NCBI GenBank assembly: GCA_025459145.1
Contig: JALORD010000001.1
Span: 1-50,574, forward strand
Length of the DNA stretch: 50,574 nt
Reading direction: 5' to 3'
Source of the DNA: Pirellulaceae bacterium
GTDB lineage: Bacteria; Planctomycetota; Planctomycetia; Pirellulales; Pirellulaceae
How positions within the stretch are numbered: position 1 is the stretch's first letter; every line of letters begins with the position of its first letter. The notes beneath the pieces are model-generated. The model was not told the origin of the DNA. It did no database searches and worked only from the letters and a program-made list of their open reading frames with translations. Below, piece by piece: positions 31,901-41,566 of the stretch. Position numbers and translations under genes: made by a program.

Positions 31901-34900
31901 CGCCACGATCACCGTGCAGGTCGCTCCCAAGAACGATCCGCCGACCGCCAACGACGATACGTTCAACGTCCCCGAGGACAGCACGAACTTTGCCCTCGAC
32001 GTCTTGTCCAACGACTCGAGCACGCCGGATGGCCCCGAAACGCTGAAGGTCACTGCCGTCACCCAGCCGACTTCCGGCGGGACCGTGGCCGTCGGACCCA
32101 GCGGCAACAGCGTTACCATCACGCCCGCCAATAACTTCATCGGCACGCTCACGTTCACCTACACGATGAGCGACGGCAACGGCGGGACCGACACGGCAAC
32201 TGTCACGGTGACCGTCACCGAAGCGAACGATCCCCCGGTCGCCGCCAACGATACGGCGACGGTCAGCGAAGACAGCACGGGCAACATCATCAACGTCCTG
32301 GCCAACGACACTTCAGGCCCGGATGTCGGCGAAACGCTGACGGTCACCGCCGTTAGTGCGGGCTCCAATGGCGGCACGATCACCGTCGGCACGGGAGGCG
32401 CCAACGTCGTTTACGCCCCGAAAGCCAACTTTCAGGGGATCGAGACCTTTACCTACACGATTTCTGATGGCCGGGGCGGAACTGCCACCGCCACGGTCAC
32501 CGTCACGGTGACCAATGCCAACAACGATCCGCCGACCGCCAATAACGATACGCTGACGGCGTTCAAGAATACGCCAGCGGAGCTGAACGTTCTGGCGAAC
32601 GACACTTCGGCCCCCGACCCGACCGAAGTCCTGACGATCGACTCCGTCACGCAGCCGGCCAATGGCACGGTAACGATCAGCGCCAACGGAACCCGGATCA
32701 CCTACACCCCGAATAACAACTTCACCGGCACCGATACGTTCACCTACAAGACCAAGGATCCCGGCGGGGCCGTCTCCGAATCCGCTACGGTGACGGTGAA
32801 CGTCCAGGAATTCATCCCCAGCTCGCTCGCTGGTTTTGTCTACTTCGATGTCGACAACGACGGCCAGAAAGACGCTGGCGAGAGCCCGATTACGGGCGTG
32901 ACGCTCACGCTGACCGGGACCGATGTGAACAGCGCCGCGGTCAACCGGACCGTGGTGACGGGTGACGACGGTTCGTACAAGTTCGACAATCTGGCTCCGG
33001 GCAACTACACAATTACCGAAACGCAGCCGGGAATTCTGGTCGACGGCAAGGAGCAGGTCGGCTCGCAGGGGGGAACTTCCACCACGAACGACAAGATCGT
33101 AGTGACGGTTGCCTCGGGAACCAACGGCACCGGGAACAATTTCGGCGAGCAGGGGCGGCCCGCCTCGATGATCACGCTGGCCGATTTCTACGCCCGCAAC
33201 TCGCGGGATTATGTACTGGCGGCGATCAATGGCAGCGGAGCTGAGTTGTGGCATTCCACGCGCGGCGACGCCTTCGACGCCTATACGAACCTCAAGGTGA
33301 CGCTCCTCTCGGGCGGCACGCAGGTCAAGATCGAAGGGACGAACGCCCAGTCGCAGCCCGTTTCGGCGACGATCTCGATCAACGATCCGCGGGTGCGGAT
33401 CCTGGGGACGAGCGGAACCAGCCAACTCCTCAAGATCACCGCTTTCAATCTGGATAATCCGTCGAATAACTCGCCGCCGACGGCTGTCGCCGACACCTAC
33501 GCGGCGACCGAAGACACGGTGCTCACCGTCACCGCCGCCAACGGCGTGCTGAAAAATGATACCGATCCGAATGCGGGGACCACGCTGACGGCGGTCATCG
33601 CCACGCAGCCGACCAAGGGAACGCTCACCCTCAATGCCAACGGCTCGTTTACCTACACGCCGCAGGCCAACGCCAACGGGACCGACACGTTCACCTATCG
33701 CGCCAGCGACGGCACGGCCCAGAGCAGCCCCGTCACGGTGACGATCAACATTGCCGCGGTGAACGATGCTCCCACGGCAGTCAACAATAGCTATACGGCG
33801 ACGCGCGACACGCCGCTTGTCGTCAATCAGGCGAACGGCGTCCTGGCGAATGACACCGATCCCGATACGGGGACGACGTTGACCGCAACGATCGTGGCCC
33901 AGCCGCAGCACGGCACTGTCACGCTCAATAGCAACGGTTCTTTCACGTACACGCCGACCGCCGGCTACACGGGCCCCGATAGCTTCACCTATCGGGCCAG
34001 CGACGGCACGCTTCAAAGTGGAATCGCCACGGTCAATCTGACTGTCCAGGCTCCGAACCAAGCTCCCACGGCGGTGGCCGACAGCTACGCGACCAACGAG
34101 GACACGCCGCTGACGGTGGCTGCCGCCCAGGGGGTGCTCGCCAACGACACGGATCCGCAAGCGGGCACGACGCTCACGGCGGTGGTGGTCACGCAGCCGG
34201 CCCAGGGCACGCTGACGCTCAACAACGACGGTTCGTTCACCTACACGCCGGCGGCCAACTTCAGCGGGACGGCGACTTTCACCTACCGCGCCAGCGATGG
34301 GTCGCTCCAGAGCGAGCCGGTGACGGTGACGATTACCGTTAATCCGATCAACGATGCCCCAACCGCAGTCAACGACGCTTACTCGATTGGCGAGGATGCG
34401 ACGCTGACCGTGCCGGTGGCCACAGGCTTACTCGACAACGATTCCGATCCCGACACCGGAGCGACGCTGACGGCGGAAGCGGTGACCCAGCCGGAGAACG
34501 GTACCCTGACCCTGAATGGCGACGGCAGTTTCTCGTACGTGCCCGACCCGAACTTCCACGGCACCGATACATTCACCTACCGAGTCAGCGACGGCACTGT
34601 CACGAGCAATACGGCGACCGTCACCATCACGGTTGAGCCAGTAAACGACGCTCCGGTGGCCGCCGCCGACAGCTTCGCCACGCCGGTCAACACGACGCTG
34701 ACGATCGCTGCCCCCGGAGTGCTGACGAACGACACTGACGCCGACGACAACCCCCTCACAGCGGCTGTCGTTAACGACGTTGAGCATGGCACGCTGACGC
34801 TGAACGCGAATGGCAGCTTCACCTACATCCCCGACGAGGACTTTACTGGTACCGACAGTTTCACCTACCAGGTGAGCGACGGGACGGCCCAGAGCGACCC

Positions 34901-36803
34901 GGTCACCGTGACGATCACGGTCAGCGCGGCCGCGCCTCCCACCGCGGCCAGCGACAGCTACTCCGTCGGTGAAGACTCGACGCTGACGGTCGACGCGGCG
35001 ACGGGTGTGCTCGACAACGATACGGGCAGCAGCACCCTGACGGCCCTGCTAGTCGCCGAGCCCGAACATGGCACCCTCACGCTCAATAGCGACGGCAGCT
35101 TTTCGTACGTCCCCGATCCGAATTTCCACGGTACGGACACGTTTACCTATCGGGCCAGCGACGGATCCAGCCAAAGCGACGTGACCACGGTCACGATCAC
35201 CGTCAATCCGGTGAACGATGCTCCAACAGGAACCGCCGATGCCTACACCACCACGATCAATACGCAACTCACGATCGCAGCTCCCGGGGTGCTCGCCAAC
35301 GATACGGACGTAGACGGCAATCCCTTGAGTGCGGCAGTCGCCGCGGCGCCCGCCCAAGGAGCGCTCACGCTCAATCTCGATGGCAGCTTCACCTACATTC
35401 CAGCAGAGGACTTTGACGGCGACGTCACGTTTACCTACACGGTGACAGACGGAGTTCTGACGAGCGATCCAATCACCGTCACGATCACCGTGGAGGCCGA
35501 GAATACGGCTCCCGTGGCTGTGAACGACACCTATTCGATCGACGAAGACTCGGTCCTAACCGTCGACGTCGCAACGGGCGTGCTGGACAACGATACCGAC
35601 GCGGAAGGCGACACCCTTTCGACGGTTATCGTCGCCGAGCCCGCGCACGGCACGCTTGTACTGAATGCGAACGGCAGCTTCACTTACACGCCGGACGACG
35701 ACTTCGCGGGAACCGACACATTTACCTACCGGGCCAGCGACGGCTCGCTGGAAAGCGCTGTGGCGACCGTCACAATCACGGTCAATCCGGTGAGCGACGC
35801 GCCGTCACCCGCGGCCGACGCCTATCAGGTCGAACAGGACAGCACACTCACGATCGATGCCGCGGCCGGAGTTCTCGCCAACGACACCGATGCCGATGGC
35901 GACACGCTCACGGTCAATACGACGCCGGTCGTCGATCCGGAGCATGGCACGGTCACGCTCAACGCCGACGGCAGCTTTACCTACACGCCGGACGCGGGTT
36001 ACATCGGCAGCGATTCGTTCACCTACGAAGTGACCGACGGCACGCTCACCAGTCAGGCCGTCGTGACGATCACGGTCGAAGAGCCGAACGTGGCCCCCGC
36101 GTCGGTCAACGACCAGTACAACGCGACCGAAGATCTGCCTCTGGCGGCCACGGCTGAATTGGGAGTGCTGGCTAACGACTCCGACGCCAACAGCGACGAC
36201 CTGACCGTCACGCTGATTGCCGACGTGCAGCACGGCACTCTCGAGCTCAATGCCGACGGCAGCTTCAGCTACATTCCCAACCCCGACTTCCACGGCACCG
36301 ACGGCTTCAGCTACCGGGCCAGCGACGGTTCGCTGCAAAGCGAGGTGGCCGCAGTCACCATCTTCGTCACCGCGGTGAACGACGCCCCGCTGGCGGTCGC
36401 CGACGCCTTCACGGTGCAGCAGAACGGTTCGCTCTCGATCACCGCGCCGGGACTGCTGGAAAACGACACCGACGTCGACGGGGATACGCTCTCCGTCGTT
36501 ACGACGGCGGTGGTCGAGCCCGAGCATGGGACGCTCACGCTCCAAACCGATGGCAGCTTCGTCTACACCCCCGACGCCGACTTCTTCGGCACCGACAGCT
36601 TCACCTACCAGATTACCGATGGCACACTGACCGCCCAGGCTGTGGTCACGATCACGGTGGAAGAAGCCGGAGAGGGAGAGGCGAGCCCGCTCGATGACGC
36701 CCTGCTCGCGTATCTGTCGGGCCTCGAAGACGAAGAGTCGCTCGCGGCCGAGGACGACCACTGGGAAGCGGCGATCGACGAAACGCTGGCAGCGCTGGTG
36801 TAA
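28992..36803 (+). CDS. Giant secreted protein C (2603 aa): LE-S-R leader, cyclophilin-type PPIase domain split by an NExQ module, Ig-like domains, 15 cadherin-like ~96-aa repeats, SdrD-B-like domain, acidic tail
   Basis: Leader: [50 protein letters not shown]. Cyclophilin motifs: [30 protein letters not shown]...[17 protein letters not shown]. Repeat unit: VNDAPTAV...ANDTDPD.G.TLT...[14 protein letters not shown]...G.[10 protein letters not shown]. Confidence 0.92.
   Translation: [2603 protein letters not shown]
29334..30154 (+). other. Cyclophilin-type peptidyl-prolyl isomerase domain of giant protein C, interrupted at 29661-30017 by a ~119-aa insertion
   Basis: Compared from memory with E. 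coli PpiB. ...SQFFITEEK is followed by the insertion, and the fold resumes at [23 protein letters not shown]...[10 protein letters not shown]. Confidence 0.75.
31647..32806 (+). repeat. Four tandem ~96-aa cadherin-like (tandem-95-type) repeats in giant protein C
   Basis: Units begin [45 protein letters not shown] and [17 protein letters not shown]. The period is about 290 nt. Confidence 0.8.
33471..36656 (+). repeat. Eleven consecutive ~96-aa cadherin-like (tandem-95-type) repeats in giant protein C
   Basis: The period is about 290 nt, with unit starts near 33478, 33766, 34060, 34348, 34636, 34925, 35210, 35505, 35795, 36085 and 36370. Each unit carries (V/I)NDAP...Y...ED..L.V....GVL.NDTD.D...L......P.HGTLTLN..GSF.Y.P...F.G.D.FTY...DG. 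Confidence 0.85.
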
Positions 36804-36818
36804 TCGTGCGGCGGCAAT

Positions 36819-36850
36819 CCTCGTAGCGGGAGCATCTTGCTCCCGCGAGG
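36819..36850 (+). terminator. Hairpin 16 nt after the giant gene C stop (putative terminator)
   Basis: CCTCG-tag-CGGGAGC atctt GCTCCCG-CGAGG gives 7 + 5 bp with a 3-nt bulge. There is no U-tract, and heptad array copy 3 follows. Confidence 0.4.
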
Positions 36851-36860
36851 ACCAGTGGAG

Positions 36861-36890
36861 GGAAGTCAGACGTCGGAAGTCAGCGGCAGC
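36861..36890 (+). repeat. Intergenic heptad array, copy 3 (GGAAGTC AGACGTC GGAAGTC AGCGGCA)
   Basis: It lies between the convergent gene ends at 36803 and 37006. A pyrimidine-rich tract containing CCTCTACC follows, and the same 8-mer follows copy 2. Confidence 0.7.
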
Positions 36891-37005
36891 CGCCTCCGCC
36901 GATCCTAATCCTGCTCGTACTCTTACGCTTAATCCTCTACCTTCTCGTGCTCGTTCTCCGGCTCGGCGCTACGGCAGCGCACAGCCGAGGCCCCACCGGC
37001 CGACC

Positions 37006-39207
37006 TCACCGCTGCGCGGGTAGTGTCGGATCCGTCCGCGGCACGCGCGCCGTCGCCGCCGGCGGCTGAAAGATCCAGTAAGGCTGCCCTTCGAGTTCGG
37101 CGGGGGCCAGCCAGGTTCTTTGCTCCGGGGGCGTCGAGCCGGTGATGAGCATCCCCAGATCGCGAAGCACCGGATCGCTGCTGCCGTAGTAGGTGTGTCC
37201 CCAGGGACTGGAATCGATCGGCGAGACGTCGATTGTGTCGATACCGGGAACGACGACGAGTCCCCGCCCCGCGTCGCCGGCCCGCGGCCCGCGATGCACG
37301 AGTTGCGAAGCGGCCAGCGCTTCGTCGCGGCTCGAAGCATAGAGCGTGATCCGATTGGCGGTCCCCGCCAGGGCCGGAGCGATGCTGTGGCGAAACTCGT
37401 CCGCGTCGATATCGGGCGCCGCCAGGATCACCTGGTTGAAGAGCCGCGACTGGTCGCGCAGTTCCAGATGCAGCTCCTTGAGGGCCGCCGTCAGGGCCCG
37501 ATTTCCCATGCTGTGGGCGATCAGATTGACGGCTTGCGCGTCGCTGCGGTGCGTGATGTCGAGCAGGAACTGTTTCAGGTGGCTCGCGCTCCAGCTCACG
37601 TTGTTGGCGTCGGCTGTGTAGGTAAGCACGAACTTGTCGTGCGCCGGCCAACTGAAGAAGACGGGCACTCCCTGATACTTGAGGTCGTGGTGCATTTGCC
37701 CGGCGCGGCGGGCGGCGTCTTCGAACGTGACGTTGAACCCGTGGACGAACACAAAGATTTCCTTGCGCGGCGAAGCGGCTACCCGCTCGCGCAACAGCTC
37801 ATAGAACTGCTCATCGGCCAGCGGCTCGGTCTTGCTCAGGATGACATGTTTGCTCGCGTCGGATCGCACCTCCATCCGCAGGATCGAAGGCGCTTCGAGC
37901 TCGCCCACCGTGTGCGACCGGGGAATCGTCACTTCGCACAGGCCGAGTTCCACGCGGCCGCCGGGAGCCCGGTCGGCCGTGTACTTGGGGCCGACATGCT
38001 CGCCGCGGCGCGCTTCGTACAGCGAACTGCTCGCCGCCTGATAGGCGAGCCCCAGCGAGGCCACGAGGCCGAGGCTCGCCAGCACCAGCGCCGAGGAGCG
38101 CCCTTTGGCGATCGCCAGCATCGCCAGGGCCACCGTGATCAGCGCTGCGACGGCCGTGGGCATCCACCGCGCGACTTGCTCAGGGGCACTCCGCCGATTC
38201 AGGTCGACCGCCGCCCGATTCGTGCCGTAAAAAACCTGTACCGTGTCATAGGGAAGAGCTGCCGCGGCCGGCGATTCCGGCTTGGCCGGGAATGGACCCA
38301 GCCCCGAGAGCGATTGCAGGGCCTTTCGCGGTGCGGCGGGAGTCGCAGGCGTGGGCAAAACACTGGCGGTCGGCGGCTCTGCCGACTCGGGGAGCAGCGG
38401 ACTGTCCGCCGAGGATTCGGCGACCTGTGGGGCGGTTGCTGCCGGTTCAGCAGCGGGCGGAGTAGATCCGCGCCGCAGCGCCGCTTCCGAGTACGCTTCA
38501 GGCCACAGATCGGCGGCAGGAGATGCGGCGGCAGGGAAATTGTTACTGGCTGACGGAGCAGCGAGTGGTGATTCGGGCGTTGGCGTCGTCGAGTCCGCCG
38601 CTTGCCGGGGTGCGGGAACGCCAGAAATCGCGTCACGCGGCGTAGCGACGGGTGGACTGGCAACCTGGGGATAACTGGCCTGTGGGGCGTTCGCCATCTC
38701 AGGCAGCACGGACAGCGAGCGGAGCGGGTTGACCCTCTGCGGCAAAGGTTGCCTGCTCGGCGCAGGGGCCAACTCGCTGCGGAGCGGATTGAGCGCCCGA
38801 TCGAACTGGGCCTCAATGGCCAGCGGCTGCGAATCGCCGCTTTGCGGGGGCAGGATGTTGCTATCGACCGAATCGATCGCTGGCCTGGGTTCTGGGTTCA
38901 AGTCAGACGCGACCTCGGATGGAGCGGCTGAACCTGGCTCAAACGTCGGCCCAATCCCCGGCTGAGGTAGATAAGTCTCGGGCGGAGCGCTGGCAGTCGG
39001 TTCGAACGGCGGCGCGGTGTCGCGCGAGGGGAGAGCATCGGTTGTCGGGACGGGATCGAGCGGCCGGACGACCACATGTCGGCCCGGGTGCTCTTCGCTG
39101 GCGGCGGAGTCAGACGGGCGAGCCTGTTCGGGGCGCCGCTCGCTTGCGCAGCCCAACAAACAGACGGCGAGCGCCAAACTGGCGGTTAGTCTCAGTCTCC
39201 TTTCCAT
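37006..39207 (-). CDS. Lipoprotein with a long Pro/Ala/Ser-rich region, two TM segments and a C-terminal DUF900-type alpha/beta hydrolase domain
   Basis: Start chosen at ATG 39207 (MERRLRLTASLALAVCLLGCAS, a lipobox), with GGAG 8 nt upstream. About 330 aa of low-complexity P/A/S sequence follow, then hydrophobic stretches (AVAALITVALAMLAIA and ALVLASLGLVASLGLAY). The esterase core reads IFVFVHGFNVTFEDAARRAGQMHHDL...VNLIAHSMGNR (nucleophile elbow H-S-M-G)...ILAAPDID. Confidence 0.82.
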   Translation of the reverse strand: MERRLRLTASLALAVCLLGCASERRPEQARPSDSAASEEHPGRHVVVRPLDPVPTTDALPSRDTAPPFEPTASAPPETYLPQPGIGPTFEPGSAAPSEVASDLNPEPRPAIDSVDSNILPPQSGDSQPLAIEAQFDRALNPLRSELAPAPSRQPLPQRVNPLRSLSVLPEMANAPQASYPQVASPPVATPRDAISGVPAPRQAADSTTPTPESPLAAPSASNNFPAAASPAADLWPEAYSEAALRRGSTPPAAEPAATAPQVAESSADSPLLPESAEPPTASVLPTPATPAAPRKALQSLSGLGPFPAKPESPAAAALPYDTVQVFYGTNRAAVDLNRRSAPEQVARWMPTAVAALITVALAMLAIAKGRSSALVLASLGLVASLGLAYQAASSSLYEARRGEHVGPKYTADRAPGGRVELGLCEVTIPRSHTVGELEAPSILRMEVRSDASKHVILSKTEPLADEQFYELLRERVAASPRKEIFVFVHGFNVTFEDAARRAGQMHHDLKYQGVPVFFSWPAHDKFVLTYTADANNVSWSASHLKQFLLDITHRSDAQAVNLIAHSMGNRALTAALKELHLELRDQSRLFNQVILAAPDIDADEFRHSIAPALAGTANRITLYASSRDEALAASQLVHRGPRAGDAGRGLVVVPGIDTIDVSPIDSSPWGHTYYGSSDPVLRDLGMLITGSTPPEQRTWLAPAELEGQPYWIFQPPAATARVPRTDPTLPAQR

Positions 39208-39417
39208 GTCGGCCGCTCCGCGAGGTTCGCAAAGGTGCGGCGGCCAGCAAGTTTTGCCGGCGCGCACACATGCACGTCTCACGAAGATCGGCGCGCACAA
39301 TGTGCCGACTGCAGCGATTTTGCGGACTAGCGAAGAAGGGCCTGCTGCTAGCAGCAAGCGTTAGAGCGCTCCCCAACTGCACAGCACCTGAAGCTGCGCA
39401 GGATGCTGCACAGCGCT

Positions 39418-41004
39418 TTAAGCCGCACGGTCGAGGTGGGCGAGCCGCGCCCGGCGTTTGGTGAACCAACCTTCGCCCAACACGCTCAGGGCGACTCGGT
39501 CCTCGAGATTCGGCCGGAAAATCGTCATCAACAGGAGGGGCAGATACCACGCCATGTACATCCCGCCGCCGTCATCGAACCCGTGCCAGAACTGCACCGC
39601 CACCATGAGCGCCGCCGAACAAGAGAGGAGTGTTCCCAGGTTCTTGTGAGCCGGCCAGATCGCCAAGCCGCCAGCGAGCGCTGCGCAGCCGGCAATTACG
39701 GGCAGCCGATACCAGGGATCCCACCCCAGGCTCCAGATGCCGCGGAGTCCCTCGGTCACCGGCCACCACAGGGCAAACATCTGCTGGACCTTGTACCAGA
39801 ACGACTCGAGGTCACTCGATACCAGCGCCAGCGAGAGGATCATCAGCCCAATCGCGGAACCCACACCAATCAGAAAGCGGCCCAATCCGCGCTGCCAATA
39901 GAAGCTTATCCAGAGGGGCAGCAAGAACAGCGGGTAGTAGATCACGGAGATCCCCAGCCCGAGAAAGATTCCCGCCAGGGCGGGCCGCCGGTAACAGACC
40001 ACTGCCCAGAGGAGCAGCGCGGCAGGCAACACATGATCGACGTGCCCGGTCATCTGCGCCGTATAAGGCAGCATCAGGTAAATCGCGGCAGCCGCAATTC
40101 CCAGGCGGATGTTCTCAAAGTGCCAGTAACCGATCGTCACCAGGGCGACGACCACCGCCAAATGCGATGCAATCGCCATGCTCCGCGAGACGATCTCCGG
40201 CAACTTCTCGGGCTGCGCGGCGTTCTCGTGGACAAACGGCGAAGTGGGAATGCTGGGAAGCAGGTGCAGGAAATAGAAGCCCGGCCCGTGCCGGCGATAG
40301 TCCTCGGGCTTGCTCGCGTCGTCCGATGTATCGTGCCCTTCGCGGAGCGACTGCGCTCCCTTGGCTCCCGATAAGTCGTCGGCCGATACTTCCGCCGTGA
40401 TGACGTTGGCCATCAGGAACAAAAACAGCGAGACGCTCAGAAAGATGAGCCCGCCGTTGGTCAAGTTCGGTTCGAGCAGCGGACGGCGGACCATCGTCGG
40501 ATCGAGCAGCAGACGGACCAGCCAGATCGCGGCCACGGCGAACAGCCAGAGGTAACCGCGATGAGCGAGTTCCGGATTGGAGATCGTCGCCTGGAGCGGT
40601 GTGCGTTCGGCAAACGCCGCTGGTTCGCCATCCAGCGGAGCCACCTCGAGCGGAGCCACCGCCAGCGGAGCGACGTCCAACGGAGGAACGTCGAGCGGCT
40701 GAACAGCGGGCGATGCAACCTCGACTGGCTCGCCCGCTTCGGGTGCGGAACCGGCGAGCGGGACGGCACTCAGGGGAGATTCCCGGTCAACTTCGCTCGT
40801 TGCGCTCTTTCCTGATTCCCCAGGCTGCAAGGCCTCGTTGACCATCAACAGGCCCGGAGCGAGCAGGATGAGCAAAGCCAGATCGAGATTGCGGACGCTC
40901 CAAAACCGGTTGAACTTGAAGAACAAGCCGATCATGAGCAGCGACGACAGGTAAACCCAGGTCGCTGGATCGATCTTGTGATATTCAAAGAGAATTTCGC
41001 TCAT
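39418..41004 (-). CDS. Polytopic integral membrane protein of unknown function (528 aa, about 12 TM helices)
   Basis: Start chosen at ATG 41004 (MSEILFEYHKIDPATWVYLSSLLMIGLFFKF). Many hydrophobic helices, with one large acidic, proline-rich loop containing a pentapeptide repeat. I do not recognise a family. Confidence 0.8.
   Translation of the reverse strand: MSEILFEYHKIDPATWVYLSSLLMIGLFFKFNRFWSVRNLDLALLILLAPGLLMVNEALQPGESGKSATSEVDRESPLSAVPLAGSAPEAGEPVEVASPAVQPLDVPPLDVAPLAVAPLEVAPLDGEPAAFAERTPLQATISNPELAHRGYLWLFAVAAIWLVRLLLDPTMVRRPLLEPNLTNGGLIFLSVSLFLFLMANVITAEVSADDLSGAKGAQSLREGHDTSDDASKPEDYRRHGPGFYFLHLLPSIPTSPFVHENAAQPEKLPEIVSRSMAIASHLAVVVALVTIGYWHFENIRLGIAAAAIYLMLPYTAQMTGHVDHVLPAALLLWAVVCYRRPALAGIFLGLGISVIYYPLFLLPLWISFYWQRGLGRFLIGVGSAIGLMILSLALVSSDLESFWYKVQQMFALWWPVTEGLRGIWSLGWDPWYRLPVIAGCAALAGGLAIWPAHKNLGTLLSCSAALMVAVQFWHGFDDGGGMYMAWYLPLLLMTIFRPNLEDRVALSVLGEGWFTKRRARLAHLDRAA
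40631..40705 (-). repeat. Five tandem 15-bp units inside the membrane protein gene, encoding (A/P)PL(D/E/A)V pentapeptides
   Basis: Plus strand: tccagcggagccacc tcgagcggagccacc gccagcggagcgacg tccaacggaggaacg tcgagcggctgaaca. Protein: VQPLDVPPLDVAPLAVAPLEVAPLDGEP. Confidence 0.8.
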
Positions 41005-41566
41005 CGGGTTCAAACGATTATGGGAAGTGCGCGGCGAGCCGTCTCCCGGCACGAATTAGCAGGCTGGCGGAGGTGGTGTACGAGTGTGTTGAAAGGACCA
41101 GATTCCCCGTTTCGCCACCATGCGCATGGTGCGCCAATCCACCAAAATAAGGAATTGGCAGGTATTTGCAAGAACGAGCTCCTCCGACTTGGCGGTCGCG
41201 AGAATTCTGTAAACTCTACAGCCGCAACAACTTAACGCCGGCCGAACAAGGCCCGGCATCAAGGGAAATCGATCGCCCGTTAAACTCGAAACCAGTTCTT
41301 TATTCGGCATTTTATGGAAATCGACCTGCCAGCAGGCTGCGCAGGGCATGCCCTCTCCCGCAGCAAGGACATCACTTCTCTATGGCGATTGATCGTCGTT
41401 CCGTTGCAGTTGCTGGAAACTGAAGGCTTCGTCGCTTGCCGCGGGCAACGAATGGGCCGGCCACGCGGAAGGGGTGTTTGCCGCGGAGTGAAGTATGGCC
41501 TACCTGTTACTATGCCGGCTGCAACCTGACAGCCGGCGGGCTTGCTCCCCTCTGCGCGAGGATTTT